Assembly: GCA_013297695.1 (NCBI GenBank)
Contig: JAAFHX010000003.1
Coordinates: 1 to 59,601 of the forward strand
Direction of reading: 5' to 3'
DNA from: Rhodobacterales bacterium
GTDB lineage: Bacteria; Pseudomonadota; Alphaproteobacteria; Rhodobacterales; Rhodobacteraceae
Length of the DNA: 59,601 bases
Position 1 is the first letter of the stretch. Every line of letters starts with the position of its first letter. The translations under genes and the position numbers were made by a program. Positions 58,886 through 59,601 of this stretch are shown here, piece after piece. Under the pieces are notes generated by a model. It had not been told where the DNA came from, ran no database searches, and saw only the letters and a program-made list of their open reading frames with translations.

Positions 58886-59601
58886 ATGACCGACCTGCCC
58901 AGCCCCTCCGGCTCGACCGTGGCCGAGGCGGAAGCCTTCCTCGCCGCCCATCCGCAGATCGAGGCCTTCGACATCGTGCTGCACGATGCCAACGGCATCG
59001 GGCGCGGCAAGATCATCCGGCGGCATGAACTGCTGTCGTTCTACCGGGGCGGGCGGCATCTGCCGGTGTCGATCCTGGGTCTGGATATCTGCGGCGAGGA
59101 TGTGCACGAGACCGGGCTGATCTGGGATCAGGGCGATGGCGACCGCCGCGCCTGGCCGATCCCCGGCTCGCTGATCGCCCTTGCCGGCACCACCCCGCCG
59201 CGCGGCGAGGTGCTGATGAGCGTGTGGAATCTGGACAACACGCCGATGACATCGGACCCGCGCCATGCCCTGCAGCGGCAGGTCGCGGCACTGGCCGCCG
59301 AGGGGCTGCACCCGGCGGGCGCGTTCGAGCTGGAATTCTTCCTGCTGGCGAACGAGCGTGGCCCGGATGGCAAGATGGTGCCCGCGCGCGACGTGCTGGA
59401 CGGGCGGCGCAACACCAAGACTGACGTCTATTCGGTCGATCAGTTGCACGGCATGCTGCCCTTGTTCAACGATGTCTATGCCGGGGCCAAGGCGGCCGGG
59501 ATACAGGCGGAAACGCTGATCTCGGAATTCGCGCCGGGCCAGTACGAACTGACGCTGCACTACCGCGACAACGTGATGCTGGCCGCCGATGACCTGATGC
59601 G
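58886..59601 (+). CDS. Glutamine synthetase-family protein (PuuA-like), partial
   Basis: MTDLPSPSG... DANGIGRGK, DQGDGD, DPRHAL, ELEFFL, SEFAPGQYE; open to the window end. Confidence 0.85.
   Translation, partial: MTDLPSPSGSTVAEAEAFLAAHPQIEAFDIVLHDANGIGRGKIIRRHELLSFYRGGRHLPVSILGLDICGEDVHETGLIWDQGDGDRRAWPIPGSLIALAGTTPPRGEVLMSVWNLDNTPMTSDPRHALQRQVAALAAEGLHPAGAFELEFFLLANERGPDGKMVPARDVLDGRRNTKTDVYSVDQLHGMLPLFNDVYAGAKAAGIQAETLISEFAPGQYELTLHYRDNVMLAADDLM

Overview
GC-rich alphaproteobacterial chromosome segment. Gene content and order point to Rhodobacteraceae (Rhodobacter/Gemmobacter/Tabrizicola-like; inference). Mostly housekeeping and catabolic operons: deoA(partial)-cdd, a VOC/bicupin gene, maeB, an Hpt + LuxO-like sigma-54 response regulator pair, NAD kinase, glyA, fructose ABC (frcRBCAK), urea ABC (urtABCDE), periplasmic glucan synthesis (opgGIHC), the polyol smo/mtlK operon, terC, cspA, a GMC oxidoreductase, a butyrobetaine/carnitine catabolic cluster, a sulfatase + Ysc84 pair, and a TetR-controlled polar amino acid ABC / AruH-AruI-like cluster ending in a partial glutamine-synthetase-family gene. 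No rRNA, tRNA, CRISPR, transposase or phage genes were recognised. Best leads: (1) a Vibrio LuxU/LuxO-like phosphorelay pair followed by a hairpin-rich intergenic region; (2) a 58-aa membrane protein missing from the ORF track, behind a perfect FNR box and upstream of cytochrome b561; (3) an inverted pair of REP-like repeats enclosing a CtrA-like box and hairpin inside the carnitine operon; (4) an ABC ATPase with no canonical start codon (CTG overlapped by a 9-codon uORF); (5) a Cys-rich 70-aa protein divergent from a LysR gene; (6) three distinct palindromic repeat types. All calls come from motif reading and recalled family knowledge; no database searches were run.
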